Shown here: positions 19,232 to 27,734 of the stretch, one piece after another
How positions within the stretch are numbered: the first letter of the stretch is position 1
How the letters are laid out: every line of letters starts with the position of its first letter
Notes under the pieces: generated by a model
Databases searched by the model: none
What the model saw: the letters and a program-made list of their open reading frames with translations, nothing else
What the model was told of the DNA's origin: nothing
Program-made: the position numbers and the translations under genes
Virus record (IMG/VR): IMGVR_UViG_3300049782_000077
Location: 1 to 36,876 of that record
Strand: one strand, 5' to 3'
Origin: a virus
Lineage: Duplodnaviria; Caudoviricetes
DNA: 36,876 bases

Positions 19232-20035
19232 ATGAGCCAGGCATCGAAGGTCATCTCCACCGCCAAAGCCGAAGTCGGATACACCGAGGGCAAGACGGCC
19301 GGCCGCTGGAACAACAAGCAGAAGTACTCGCCCGCCGTCCCCGGGCTGGAGTGGTCCAACTACCAGCCCTGGTGCGCCACCTTCTGCTCGTGGGTGGCCA
19401 TGAAGGCCGGCGTCGCCAGCCTCTTCCCTCGCACCGCGTCCTGCGCGACCGGCGTCGCCTGGTTCAAGAAGGCCGGCCGCTTCAGCGAGTACCCGGCCAT
19501 CGGCGCGCAGATCTTCTTCGGCTCCGGCGGCGGCACCCACACCGGCATCGTCTACGCCTACGACAAGACCTACGTCTACACCGTCGAAGGCAACACCAAC
19601 ACCTCCGGCAGCCCGGAGGGGAACGGCGTCCACAAGCGCAAGCGCCGCCGCGCCGACGCCTACGTGTACGGCTACGGCCTGCCGAAGTACACCGAGGGCA
19701 TCACCACCGCCGACCCGTCGAAGAAGAGCAAGCGCGGCTACACCTACAAGGCGACGGCGAGCAACCCCGCCACGGGCACCTCGACGCCGGCCGGGCCGCC
19801 CCCCTTCCCCGGACGGGACAAGTTCCGCCCCGGCGCCAACAACCCCTACGTCACCCAGCTCGGCCAGGCCCTCGTCCGCACGGGCTACGGCCGCTACTAC
19901 CAGGCCGGCCCCGGGCCACGGTGGAGCGACGCCGACCGCAACGCGGTTCGCGCCTTCCAGCACGCCCAGGGCTGGGCCGGCAGCGACGCAGACGGCTACC
20001 CCGGGCCGGAGACCTGGCGCCGCCTCTTCAAGTGA
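19232..20035 (+). CDS. Endolysin: CHAP domain plus C-terminal peptidoglycan-binding domain
   Basis: PWCATFCSW (catalytic Cys), HTGIV, TVEGNT; C-terminal AVRAFQ..QGW.GSDADGYPGPETW. Confidence 0.92.
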   Translation: MSQASKVISTAKAEVGYTEGKTAGRWNNKQKYSPAVPGLEWSNYQPWCATFCSWVAMKAGVASLFPRTASCATGVAWFKKAGRFSEYPAIGAQIFFGSGGGTHTGIVYAYDKTYVYTVEGNTNTSGSPEGNGVHKRKRRRADAYVYGYGLPKYTEGITTADPSKKSKRGYTYKATASNPATGTSTPAGPPPFPGRDKFRPGANNPYVTQLGQALVRTGYGRYYQAGPGPRWSDADRNAVRAFQHAQGWAGSDADGYPGPETWRRLFK

Positions 20036-20069
20036 GTACGTCTACTTCCTCTACTACACGGAGCACTGC

Positions 20070-20327
20070 ATGAATGAATTCATCCGCAACCACGGCGTGC
20101 GGCTCTACGCCGTGCTCGCCGCCGCCGTTCCCCTCGCCGCCGGCCTGTGGCCGTCGATCTCCTGGGAACCCTTCCTAGCCGTAGCCGCCGTGCTGCTCGG
20201 TGCGGGCGAAGTCGCCCAGCGCACCGAGAACCGCAAGACCGCCGAAGCCCTGGAGCTGCCCTCCGCCTGGGAGTCGGCCGCGATGCGGCAGGCCGTTCTC
20301 ACTGACCTGGAGCAGCGCCAGCCCTAG
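20070..20327 (+). CDS. Holin
   Basis: Two short TM helices (RLYAVLAAAVPL, FLAVAAVLLG); follows the endolysin. Confidence 0.7.
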   Translation: MNEFIRNHGVRLYAVLAAAVPLAAGLWPSISWEPFLAVAAVLLGAGEVAQRTENRKTAEALELPSAWESAAMRQAVLTDLEQRQP

Positions 20328-20845
20328 ATGGCGTTAGAGAGCGCCAAGACCCAATCAATCGTCCCTCGAAGCCAAAGAGATGGCGAGGGATACCCTTCCT
20401 CCCTCGCCTTCCGCGATTCTTCGGCGGCGAAGCTCCGGAGCCATTCGAGATCGGCGCTGTTCCGAGGTTTCCCTCGATGGGAGAACATTGAGTGAAACCA
20501 GCGACGGCGAGGCGCGGCACAGATCTCGGCCTGCACTGCCTCGACACGACGGAGACACGCTTCCACTTCCCTTGACGCCGCCTCGTAAGCCTCGCGAACA
20601 CCAAGTTGTTCATTCAGCCGCCAGGCTTCCCGCATTTCGCGCCCGAGGACCCACTCCACAGGAGTCCTCTTCCCTTTCCTGGCGTTGCAGTCATCGCAGC
20701 TAGGAACTAGATTACGCCAGGTGTCTGCACCGCCAATTGCTCGCGGCACTACGTGTTCCAACACGCAGGCGACAGCCCCACAATAGGCGCATCTTCCGTC
20801 ATTTGCGGTGAGCACATTCAGGTACACATGAAGCCGCTGGCCCAT
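20324..20845 (-). CDS. HNH endonuclease
   Basis: CAYCG..EHVVP...GG.D...NLVPSCDDCN..K; RBS GGAGG before the ATG at 20845. Confidence 0.88.
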   Translation of the reverse strand: MGQRLHVYLNVLTANDGRCAYCGAVACVLEHVVPRAIGGADTWRNLVPSCDDCNARKGKRTPVEWVLGREMREAWRLNEQLGVREAYEAASREVEACLRRVEAVQAEICAAPRRRWFHSMFSHRGKPRNSADLEWLRSFAAEESRKAREEGYPSPSLWLRGTIDWVLALSNAI

Positions 20846-20919
20846 CCCCCACCTCCGGGAGCACCCTAGCGGTGGAAACGCTCGTTCGGCCAAGAGCGGT
20901 TCGAGGGGCCCCGGCCTCC

Positions 20920-21011
20920 GCTGGGTCCCCCCTACCGCTGAGCGCCTGGCGGTACTACACCGGTCCGTCGCACTCGAACGAGTCGTTGATGCACTCAAGC
21001 TGGTCACTCAT
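20920..21011 (-). pseudogene. Probable remnant of a small phage gene (premature TAG, truncated by the HNH insert)
   Basis: RBS GGAGG; MSDQLECINDSFECDGPV*YRQALSG stays protein-like across TAG 20955-20957, consistent with a GAG>TAG change. Left boundary approximate. Confidence 0.4.
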
Positions 21012-21013
21012 GC

Positions 21014-21760
21014 TCAGACCTCCGCCGGGACGAAGGACTGCATGTCGGCGGTGAGCCAGCCGATGACCTTGCCAGTCTCCGTGTGGAGTACGGCCAGGGA
21101 GCCGTCCGTTGCAAGCCAGCCCTCGAACAGCACGCCGCGCCGGGCAGGCTTCGGCACGGGCTTCGGATTCTCCTCCGGTCGGGCGTCGGCCGACGTCTGA
21201 TCCTCGACCTCGGCCGGGGCGGAGCCGTTCCCGCGCTCTTCCTCGGCAGCCACTGTTGCGTCGCCCTTCGGCGCGGGCGCCCACCAGATGCGGGTCTGGA
21301 GGGTGCAGTTCAGCAGCACCTCCCGCGTCTCCACCTCCCATATCTCATACCGGCCGTCGCCGACGTAGCCGACTCCGGCCAGGCGTGCCGGGCCAGGCTC
21401 CGTGGAGCGCTTGCCGCCCTTGCCGCCGAACAGAACCCGGGCCTCGCGGTTGCTGGCCCTCGTGCCGGGCACGTCCCGCAGTTCCCCGTTCGTCCACCCC
21501 GAGGGCTCCGCGGTGTGCTCCACACTGCCGGTGTCCGGGAAGAGGGTGACCCAGGTGGACCGCTCCTCGATGCTCGTGCCGGCCAAGCCGACGAACACCC
21601 GCCACCCCTTGGTCCGAACCCCGTTGCGCTGGGCCGTCACCTCCTTCGGCTTGTCGAGAAGCGTCCCAGTTCGTGTCACCTTGTGGCCACGGGTGTCCAC
21701 ACCGAACGCGGTCACGTAGTCCCCGACGCCGAACTTCTTCAGCTTGTCCTTCAGCTCCAT
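21014..21760 (-). CDS. Hypothetical phage protein (248 aa)
   Basis: Purine-rich RBS before ATG 21760; high GC3. Confidence 0.75.
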   Translation of the reverse strand: MELKDKLKKFGVGDYVTAFGVDTRGHKVTRTGTLLDKPKEVTAQRNGVRTKGWRVFVGLAGTSIEERSTWVTLFPDTGSVEHTAEPSGWTNGELRDVPGTRASNREARVLFGGKGGKRSTEPGPARLAGVGYVGDGRYEIWEVETREVLLNCTLQTRIWWAPAPKGDATVAAEEERGNGSAPAEVEDQTSADARPEENPKPVPKPARRGVLFEGWLATDGSLAVLHTETGKVIGWLTADMQSFVPAEV

Positions 21761-22179
21761 GAATTCCTTTTCCTTTCGAGCCTGATTTCCTCGGGCGCTT
21801 CGCCCTCGTGACTGTCCACCAGCACGTTCAACGCTGGGGCAGTCACCCGCCCTTCGCATACGTCACAGTCGCAGTGGTGCATGCACAGGCCACAGCCCGG
21901 TTCGTCGCAATACGGTTCGGGCCCGTGGAAGCCGCCTTCGCAGTGCGGTTCATCGCAGTCCCACGCCTGGCAGCTCCGGTCTTTCGACCACGTGGGGTAA
22001 ACGATGTGCTGGCGCTGCCCGGAGTCGCGCATACCGTGCACGACGTGCTGTCCTGGGCAGGGAAACCGAGCGGAGCGGGCCGCCTCCTCGGTGAGGAAGG
22101 CGGCCCGGCACTCCAAACACTGAAAGCGCCCTTCCGGGCGCTTCCTGACTTTATGCGGTTTTCTCTCTCGGCGGCTCAT
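21751..22179 (-). CDS. Cys/His-rich, probably metal-binding protein
   Basis: RBS GGAGG; CLEC, CDEPHC, CDEPGCGLCMHHCDCDVC. Confidence 0.65.
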   Translation of the reverse strand: MSRRERKPHKVRKRPEGRFQCLECRAAFLTEEAARSARFPCPGQHVVHGMRDSGQRQHIVYPTWSKDRSCQAWDCDEPHCEGGFHGPEPYCDEPGCGLCMHHCDCDVCEGRVTAPALNVLVDSHEGEAPEEIRLERKRNSWS

Positions 22180-22357
22180 CGGCCTCCCTGTCGATCAGCC
22201 ATACCCGCCACTCCCTGAGCCGGCCGACACGCACGGGCGAAACCTTCACACCGTAGCGAGATGTCATGCCGGTATTTTTCAGCGTGGCGGCGTGCCGGTG
22301 CATTTCTCGCACGGCATCGTCGTACCGGGGGTACGTCGCCAGTGCGATTTTGCGCAT
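22151..22357 (-). CDS. Hypothetical protein (68 aa)
   Basis: RBS GAGG just after the DUF3987 stop codon. Confidence 0.55.
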   Translation of the reverse strand: MRKIALATYPRYDDAVREMHRHAATLKNTGMTSRYGVKVSPVRVGRLREWRVWLIDREADEPPREKTA

Positions 22358-22363
22358 GGCCTC

Positions 22364-23776
22364 TCACAGGGATTCCGACAATTCCATCTGCGCCGACTCC
22401 TCCACCTTCGCAGGCTTAGCCGCCGCACGCTTACTGGAGGTGCGCCTCCTGGGGGACCGCGTCGCAGGCTTCTTCACAGGTGCTTCCCCGACGACCCGCA
22501 GTGGAGGCCGTTCCTCTCCGCCGGGCTTCTCGTCCTTGCCCCGCGTGCCGGCGGGCTCCTCCGAAGCGTCACCCGGTCGGATGAGCCGGTAGATGATCGG
22601 CTTGGCCCCTCGGCCCTTGGCGGTGGTGTCCTTGAAGCACTCGACGTCGGGCATCTGCGCGACGGCCTCCTTCAGCGAAGCCGCCGTGACCCGAGTCCCG
22701 AGGGCGCGCAGCATGAGGGTGGACGTAGCCTCCCCGGCGTAGCGATCCAGCGTCTCGCGGATCAGGTCCGGCAGGCTCTTGACCACCCGGGAGGAGCCGC
22801 CCGTGGCGGCCTCGGTGACCAGCTTCTCGACCGACGCCATGCTGTACTGCACGAACGCCCAGGCCGCTTCGAGGGCGGGCTTGCCGATCTTCAGCTTCTT
22901 GTCGGCGGCCGTCAGGACAGCAGCCACGCGGGCGACCTGTTCCGCGGAGCGCTCCAGGTAGCAGCTCAGGTGCTCGGGCATGGTGGCCATGCGGTCCTCG
23001 ATCTCCGCGCGCAGCTCGTCGAAGCGGCGGCCGGCGACAGCTGAGAACCCGATCACTCGCTTCTTCTGCGTCGCCCACCGGTACGCCTCGGACAGCGCCC
23101 TCGTCTCGGTGATGCGCGGGACGTGGTTGTAGGGCAGCATCTTCGAACGCTCCACCAGCACCGGCAGGACACGGTTGAAGGTGCCGCCCAGGGCCTCGGA
23201 CGCGGACACGTAGGCGCCCCACTCGCCAGGGGTGATGTGCGCGTGGAACCCGAGCAAGGGTCGCTCGACCACCTGTGTGCCGCCGTTCTTGCCCTTGGTC
23301 GTGTTGCTGATCGGCGCTCCGTCCCAGGCGGCGCGGAGCTGCTGTGAGAAGGTCGGGCACCTTCGGCTCCGCTTGAGCACTGAGGCCCATTCCTCCTCGA
23401 CCACCAGGGCGCGGCCGTCCATCCCGGTCTCGCTCCCGGCCGTCTCCAGCTCCAGGCCCCACAGGTGGTTGACCAGGCTCGGTCCGGAGGAGATCCCGGA
23501 GACGATCCGGGCACCGAGGAACCCGCCGATCGAGGGTTCGAGGGCCTGTCGGGCGGTGCGCAGCGCGTAGCCCTTGCGGCCCATCGCGGAGCGGCCGGCG
23601 AGAACCGTCCACACGGCGATCGGCCGTCCGGTGTCCATGACCACGTGCCCGCCCAGGGCCGCGGAGTACAGGCTCAGGACGGCGGCGTAGATGCCGATGG
23701 GGTCGCCCTCGCTGTGCGGGACCGCGGCGTCGGCGGCGGCGCCGATCGCGCCGTACTTCATCGCCTCGAAGCTCAT
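22364..23776 (-). CDS. DUF3987/YfjI-like AAA+ protein (putative replication helicase/initiator) with C-terminal winged helix
   Basis: Walker-A-like GRSAMGRKG, Walker-B-like ALVVEEE, GISSGPSL, LRAAWDG, GGTFNR; C-terminal GRGAKPIIYRL wing. Confidence 0.75.
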   Translation of the reverse strand: MSFEAMKYGAIGAAADAAVPHSEGDPIGIYAAVLSLYSAALGGHVVMDTGRPIAVWTVLAGRSAMGRKGYALRTARQALEPSIGGFLGARIVSGISSGPSLVNHLWGLELETAGSETGMDGRALVVEEEWASVLKRSRRCPTFSQQLRAAWDGAPISNTTKGKNGGTQVVERPLLGFHAHITPGEWGAYVSASEALGGTFNRVLPVLVERSKMLPYNHVPRITETRALSEAYRWATQKKRVIGFSAVAGRRFDELRAEIEDRMATMPEHLSCYLERSAEQVARVAAVLTAADKKLKIGKPALEAAWAFVQYSMASVEKLVTEAATGGSSRVVKSLPDLIRETLDRYAGEATSTLMLRALGTRVTAASLKEAVAQMPDVECFKDTTAKGRGAKPIIYRLIRPGDASEEPAGTRGKDEKPGGEERPPLRVVGEAPVKKPATRSPRRRTSSKRAAAKPAKVEESAQMELSESL

Positions 23777-23795
23777 GAATTGATCCTTTTCTCCT

Positions 23796-23862
23796 TGACG
23801 AGCGCCCATGGCGAAGGGCCGCACCCACGCGGGATGCGGCCCTCACCAGAGGCGTTCGTTCA
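23796..23862 (-). repeat. Conserved intergenic long hairpin, diverged copy 3
   Basis: Minus strand TGGTGAGGGCCGCA..TGCGGCCCTTCGCCATGG; same bulged architecture as the copies at 26968 and 27674. Confidence 0.55.
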
Positions 23863-24063
23863 GTTCTCCGTCTCGACCTCCCCCAGGCACACGACCTCGG
23901 GGTTGAACATGTCCACCTCCGCCCGGCCCTGCCTGTTGTGCAGAAGCCATGCCTGGTGCTTGACGAGGGTCGGCTTCATGACCTCGGGCGCCTCCAGCTC
24001 GTAGACGTACGCGGAGTCGCCCTCTTCGGCGTGGAACGTCACTCGCCACGCCAGCCGCTTCAC
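23860..24063 (-). CDS. Hypothetical protein (67 aa)
   Basis: GTGA overlap with the upstream stop; high GC3. Confidence 0.65.
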   Translation of the reverse strand: MKRLAWRVTFHAEEGDSAYVYELEAPEVMKPTLVKHQAWLLHNRQGRAEVDMFNPEVVCLGEVETEN

Positions 24064-24320
24064 CGGACCGCCCTCGCCAGCTCGACGCTGCGCAGGAGCG
24101 CGCGCTCGTCCTGGTAATGGGCGACAGCCACCTTGACCAGGTTGAGAGCGACCAGTTCCGGAACCGCGTAGTCCGCAGCCATGGTCCCGATGTCCCCGAA
24201 GAGCGCAGTCAGGCCGGACAGGCGAACCCGGCCGTCCGGTACCCACGCGATCCCGGCCGCGCGGCCAGCCACGTGCTCCTCGTCCTGGGCGTACCGCTTC
24301 ATCCCGCTCACGACCGCCAA
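24060..24320 (-). CDS. Hypothetical protein
   Basis: Coupled in the operon; start could be 24320, 24311 or 24302. Confidence 0.6.
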   Translation of the reverse strand: MAVVSGMKRYAQDEEHVAGRAAGIAWVPDGRVRLSGLTALFGDIGTMAADYAVPELVALNLVKVAVAHYQDERALLRSVELARAVR

Positions 24321-24324
24321 CCCT

Positions 24325-24706
24325 CTAGCCGTTCCAGACCGGTAACCACAGCTCGCGGGTCTCCCGGAACAGCCGCTCGCGCGGTACCCAGTTGTGCGGC
24401 CCTCCGTCCCAGCGCTCGAACACGCCTTCCTCCGTGCGAGGGGCGGCGCTGATTCCCCGGCCGTGCTCCTCGGCCGTCAGGAGGACGGCCGGCCATCCGG
24501 GAAGAGGAAGTCCGCGTCCACGCGATGACCGCACGGAAGCCCTGACCGCTTCCGCGGTCGTGGGCCAGCAACGTCTTCCACCATCGGGACCGGGCCACCT
24601 CGTCAAACACCAGATCGTCGATGCTGTGCAGGTCCGAGACACGCTCGCCGTCGAAGTGGTCGAAGGCGGAGGACGCCAGCGTGCTGGCCACGTCGTCAGG
24701 CGTCAC
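24325..24706 (-). pseudogene. Frameshifted hypothetical gene (or sequencing indels)
   Basis: The protein-like, high-GC3 frame switches near 24495-24525, from ...AVIAW to ...GWPAVLLTAEE...PVWNG*. Confidence 0.55.
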
Positions 24707-24954
24707 CGTTCGCCTTCGCGGCTATCGGTGTGCCCGTTGGACATGTCCCATACTTCGTTGATGCGCCCATGGGCATCGGGGAAGGCCACCACGATGAGTT
24801 TCTTGCCCTCGCGGTCAGCTACGTCATAGCGGTAAAGCGTCCAGCCGTCGTAGACGTTGGAGCCGATGCAACGCAGGGCGTACGCGATGCCATGGAGAGC
24901 GGGCTTCTCCTTCTCCTCCTTGGCAGCAATGAAGTAGGAGCACACGACATCCAC
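24703..24954 (-). CDS. Hypothetical protein (83 aa)
   Basis: Coupled to both neighbours; high GC3. Confidence 0.65.
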   Translation of the reverse strand: MDVVCSYFIAAKEEKEKPALHGIAYALRCIGSNVYDGWTLYRYDVADREGKKLIVVAFPDAHGRINEVWDMSNGHTDSREGER

Positions 24955-24956
24955 GC

Positions 24957-25499
24957 CTACTCGCCCTCCTTCTCATGGAGCGACAGCCCGCTTCGGTAGG
25001 GAACGGCCGGGCCCTCCGGGGCCCACCGGACACTGGTCACGTACTCGTTGCTGTACCGGTCCGGCCGGACGCTTACGACCGTTCCGATCCGTTCGGGCTC
25101 GCGCCAGTGCGTCACCCGGTCGCCCTCCTTGAACGGTGGCTTGGCCATGTTCAGCTCTCCCTTCTCGACCGCTTCGATGAAGGCGGCCATCACTCCGGCC
25201 GAGACCCGCCCGCGCGCCCCGACCCTGATTCCGTTGCGGCGGGCCCAGGCGCGGGCCGCCTGGACCTGCCAGGCATGAGTGCGCACGCGTGCCTGGTGCT
25301 CGCGTTCGCGTGCGGCCTCGGCCGCGTCCGCCTCGCGCCGTGCCCGCTGTTTGGCGAACTCGGCGAGCCGCGCTTCGCTCTCCTTCACTTGGGCGTAGAG
25401 CCGGTATTCGGGCGGGGTCGGCTCCGAGTCGTCGTCCGGTCTTCTCAGGCCCCGGGTCACCATCACCGCTCGCACGTCGGCAGGGTCGAGTTCTGACAC
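24957..25499 (-). CDS. Protein with an Lsr2-type DNA-binding domain and a C-terminal SH3-like beta domain
   Basis: ARAWARRNGIRVGARGRVSAGVMAAF matches the Lsr2 AT-hook (RGR) domain; C-terminal FKEGDRVTH..IGTVV. Confidence 0.7.
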   Translation of the reverse strand: MSELDPADVRAVMVTRGLRRPDDDSEPTPPEYRLYAQVKESEARLAEFAKQRARREADAAEAAREREHQARVRTHAWQVQAARAWARRNGIRVGARGRVSAGVMAAFIEAVEKGELNMAKPPFKEGDRVTHWREPERIGTVVSVRPDRYSNEYVTSVRWAPEGPAVPYRSGLSLHEKEGE

Positions 25500-25521
25500 T
25501 CCAACTCCCCAAGACAAGGGC

Positions 25522-25548
25522 AGGCCCGGCCCCGAGCCGGCCGGGCCT
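25522..25548. terminator. Perfect 10-bp hairpin AGGCCCGGCC/GGCCGGGCCT
   Basis: Arms identical to the hairpin at 26985-27007; intergenic. Confidence 0.5.
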
Positions 25549-25654
25549 ACCAGGTACATGTCCGCGGCCTGGTGAGGCCGCTCTCAGTCGCCCAGTTCAA
25601 GCGGGAGGGTTTCCAGGCTCGCACTCGACGGGCGGGCACACAGCGGGTGGTGCC

Positions 25655-26239
25655 CTACGAGACACACATGTTGCGGACCACTTCCGCGAAATCCTCCGCG
25701 TGCAGGCCGCAGCAGTCGGCCACCCCGCACCGCTCGTCGTCGGTATCTTCGACGGCAGATGCGGCCTCGGAGAGAACCGCATTTCGATAGTCCTGAATCA
25801 GCGCCGTGCGCTCGGACTCAGTCAAGTGACTCAGGGCCGACAGCAGCTTCTCGATTGCGTGCATACCCGTCCTCCTTGCTGTGGTGTATAGCCAGTCGTA
25901 GCGGGAGCGGTCAGCGCTCTCGCGGCTCGGACTGTAATCGGAGACTTGGACGTAGCCGCCTGGTCGCGAATCCAAGCGATAGGTCGGGCCCTCGTCATCC
26001 CACAGCGCAGACCAGTTCAAGTCCGGCCGTCCGCGCGAATCGGTAGGTTTCTTCATCGCGTAGGCCGTAATCTCCTCGCCGAGGTTCCGCCGCCATCCCA
26101 GCAGCACCGGGAAGAGTTCCGAGAAGTCGTCCACGACTACGCAGGCCCGTGCGTCCCGTGGGTGCGTGTCCTCGGCATAGGCTGGACTCTTGCTGGGGTC
26201 GCGGTCTCCTAGCGCCATGATCCATACATGCTGGGTCAC
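25655..26239 (-). CDS. Hypothetical protein (194 aa)
   Basis: GTGA-coupled start; CGVADCC near the C-terminus. Confidence 0.7.
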   Translation of the reverse strand: MTQHVWIMALGDRDPSKSPAYAEDTHPRDARACVVVDDFSELFPVLLGWRRNLGEEITAYAMKKPTDSRGRPDLNWSALWDDEGPTYRLDSRPGGYVQVSDYSPSRESADRSRYDWLYTTARRTGMHAIEKLLSALSHLTESERTALIQDYRNAVLSEAASAVEDTDDERCGVADCCGLHAEDFAEVVRNMCVS

Positions 26240-26712
26240 AGCTCGTCACCCCGGCGTACCTCGGCCGGCTGGGCACGGAAGAAGGCCATGTGAATGCGCT
26301 TGAACTCCGCCCGCATGGATCGCCGCTCAGGCCGATTCAGGTAATCGCCGGTGTCCGGGTTCCTTGCCAACGACACGGCCCGGTCAATCAGCAGATGCGG
26401 CGACTTCGAGCGGATGTGCCCAGCGCACCGTTCACAGGCGGCCCAGTAGTCGCCCATGTCGTGGGTCAAAGCGCCTACCCGGTAGATGACCGTTTTCCTC
26501 GTGCGAAAGACGACCAACCCGCACGGCTGGGCGCAGAAGTCACACGCCTGCACGACCCGCTCGTCACGGGGTATGGGGTCCGGCTCATGGTCCCATCCGT
26601 CCGCGTTCTCGGGATGCAGGAATGCCGTGACTGCCCGAGTCTCCAAGACTACGTAGGGATTGAGCGGAGAAAAACACCGCGCGCACATTTGCGCTTCCGG
26701 CTCCTTGATCAC
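26236..26712 (-). CDS. Zinc-finger-like hypothetical protein
   Basis: RBS GGAGG before GTG 26712; CARC, CDFC and WAACERC motifs. Confidence 0.7.
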   Translation of the reverse strand: MIKEPEAQMCARCFSPLNPYVVLETRAVTAFLHPENADGWDHEPDPIPRDERVVQACDFCAQPCGLVVFRTRKTVIYRVGALTHDMGDYWAACERCAGHIRSKSPHLLIDRAVSLARNPDTGDYLNRPERRSMRAEFKRIHMAFFRAQPAEVRRGDEL

Positions 26713-26725
26713 GGGGTGGCCTCCT

Positions 26726-26932
26726 TCAGCGGCACAGGCCGCAGTACCGAATGTGGGTTTCGAGCTTTCGCGCCAGCGCGCGCTGGCCCTCGTGCGCCCA
26801 TGCAACGCACGCCTTAGCCACGTGGTCAACAACTGAGTTCTCCGATCCGTTTTGGAACGACATGACGTCACTGGTTAGCGCTGCTTGTATCCGCTCATAC
26901 CTCTCGCAGCGGTAGCGGGGAAGCGTCTGCAT
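26726..26932 (-). CDS. Hypothetical protein (68 aa)
   Basis: RBS AAAGGG before ATG 26932. Confidence 0.55.
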   Translation of the reverse strand: MQTLPRYRCERYERIQAALTSDVMSFQNGSENSVVDHVAKACVAWAHEGQRALARKLETHIRYCGLCR

Positions 26933-26967
26933 CTGCCCTTTCTTGGCGGCTGGTTTCCCTGTCACGA

Positions 26968-27024
26968 CTGACAGGCCATGCAAAAGGCCCGGCCATCGGC
27001 CGGGCCTCAGCAAGGCGTGTCAGG
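26968..27024 (-). repeat. Conserved intergenic long hairpin / terminator, copy 1
   Basis: Minus strand CCTGACACGCCTTGCTGAGGCCCGGCC-GAT-GGCCGGGCCTTTTGCATGGCCTGTCAG. Confidence 0.75.
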
Positions 27025-27028
27025 AAGG

Positions 27029-27283
27029 TCAGGCAGGCTGCATCTCGAACAGGGCAGCTATACCGCACAGAATCTCGGCGGCCTCCCCCTCGTAAGTGGC
27101 TCGGGTCCGGTCGTACTCCGCCTTTTCTGCATACGGGATGTTTCCGCAGCCGCCGGGGATTCCACATCGGCAGGATGTGTCGACACCGCCCTTGCAGCGG
27201 AACTCGTCCAGCGCTGCGTCCATCGCCTTTTGCCACCGCATGGCCTCAGCGATGCGCCTCTCAAGATTTTTTCCAGTGCTCAC
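27029..27283 (-). CDS. Hypothetical protein (84 aa)
   Basis: GTGA-coupled start; Cys cluster. Confidence 0.6.
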   Translation of the reverse strand: MSTGKNLERRIAEAMRWQKAMDAALDEFRCKGGVDTSCRCGIPGGCGNIPYAEKAEYDRTRATYEGEAAEILCGIAALFEMQPA

Positions 27284-27633
27284 TTGGTCTCACCCTTCAG
27301 TAGCTCTTCAAGCTGTTCGATGCCGTGGTTGCGGAAGTCCAAAACTGCGTTCTCTTCTTCGGTTTCCCTCTCCTCATCTGTGACCTCTTCTGCGAAGTGC
27401 GCATAGGCAGCCTCCGTGATCTCTTCCGGCTCAACGCCGTTGATGCGCGCCAAGTGGAAGAGGTTGCCGAGGAAGTCACCGGCAATCTCGCGAAGCAAGG
27501 AAGCGCGTATGCTCAGGGGCGCGTCGAAGTACCCCGTCTGTCCCGTCTGCGCTCCGAAGGCTTCCAGCGCAGTGGCAGCCCACCTTGCGCGGATCTGGTT
27601 CTGCTCAGCAGCGCCCAGTTCGTAAAAGCTCAT
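27280..27633 (-). CDS. Acidic hypothetical protein (117 aa)
   Basis: RBS GGAGAGG; DFLGNLFHLA...AHFAEE. Confidence 0.7.
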   Translation of the reverse strand: MSFYELGAAEQNQIRARWAATALEAFGAQTGQTGYFDAPLSIRASLLREIAGDFLGNLFHLARINGVEPEEITEAAYAHFAEEVTDEERETEEENAVLDFRNHGIEQLEELLKGETK

Positions 27634-27673
27634 GTTGCCTCTCCTTCACTTTCAGGGACAGGAATAAAAGGGT

Positions 27674-27732
27674 CCTGACAGACCATGCCGAAGGCCCGGG
27701 GAGTTCTCCGAGCCTCAGCAAAGTGCGTCAGG
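27674..27732 (-). repeat. Conserved intergenic long hairpin, copy 2
   Basis: Minus strand CCTGACGCACTTTGCTGAGGCTCGG..CCGGGCCTTCGGCATGGTCTGTCAGG; compensatory changes relative to copy 1. Confidence 0.75.
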
Positions 27733-27734
27733 TC

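Noticed and set aside
23815-23845. Hairpin loosely resembling a solitary type I-E CRISPR repeat (RNA anti-CRISPR)
   Set aside because: Similarity is only partial; better explained as the inner stem of the repeated intergenic hairpin. No array is present.
26968-27024. Hammerhead ribozyme in the repeated hairpin (CTGAGG..)
   Set aside because: Lacks the CUGANGA/GAAA core and the three-way junction.
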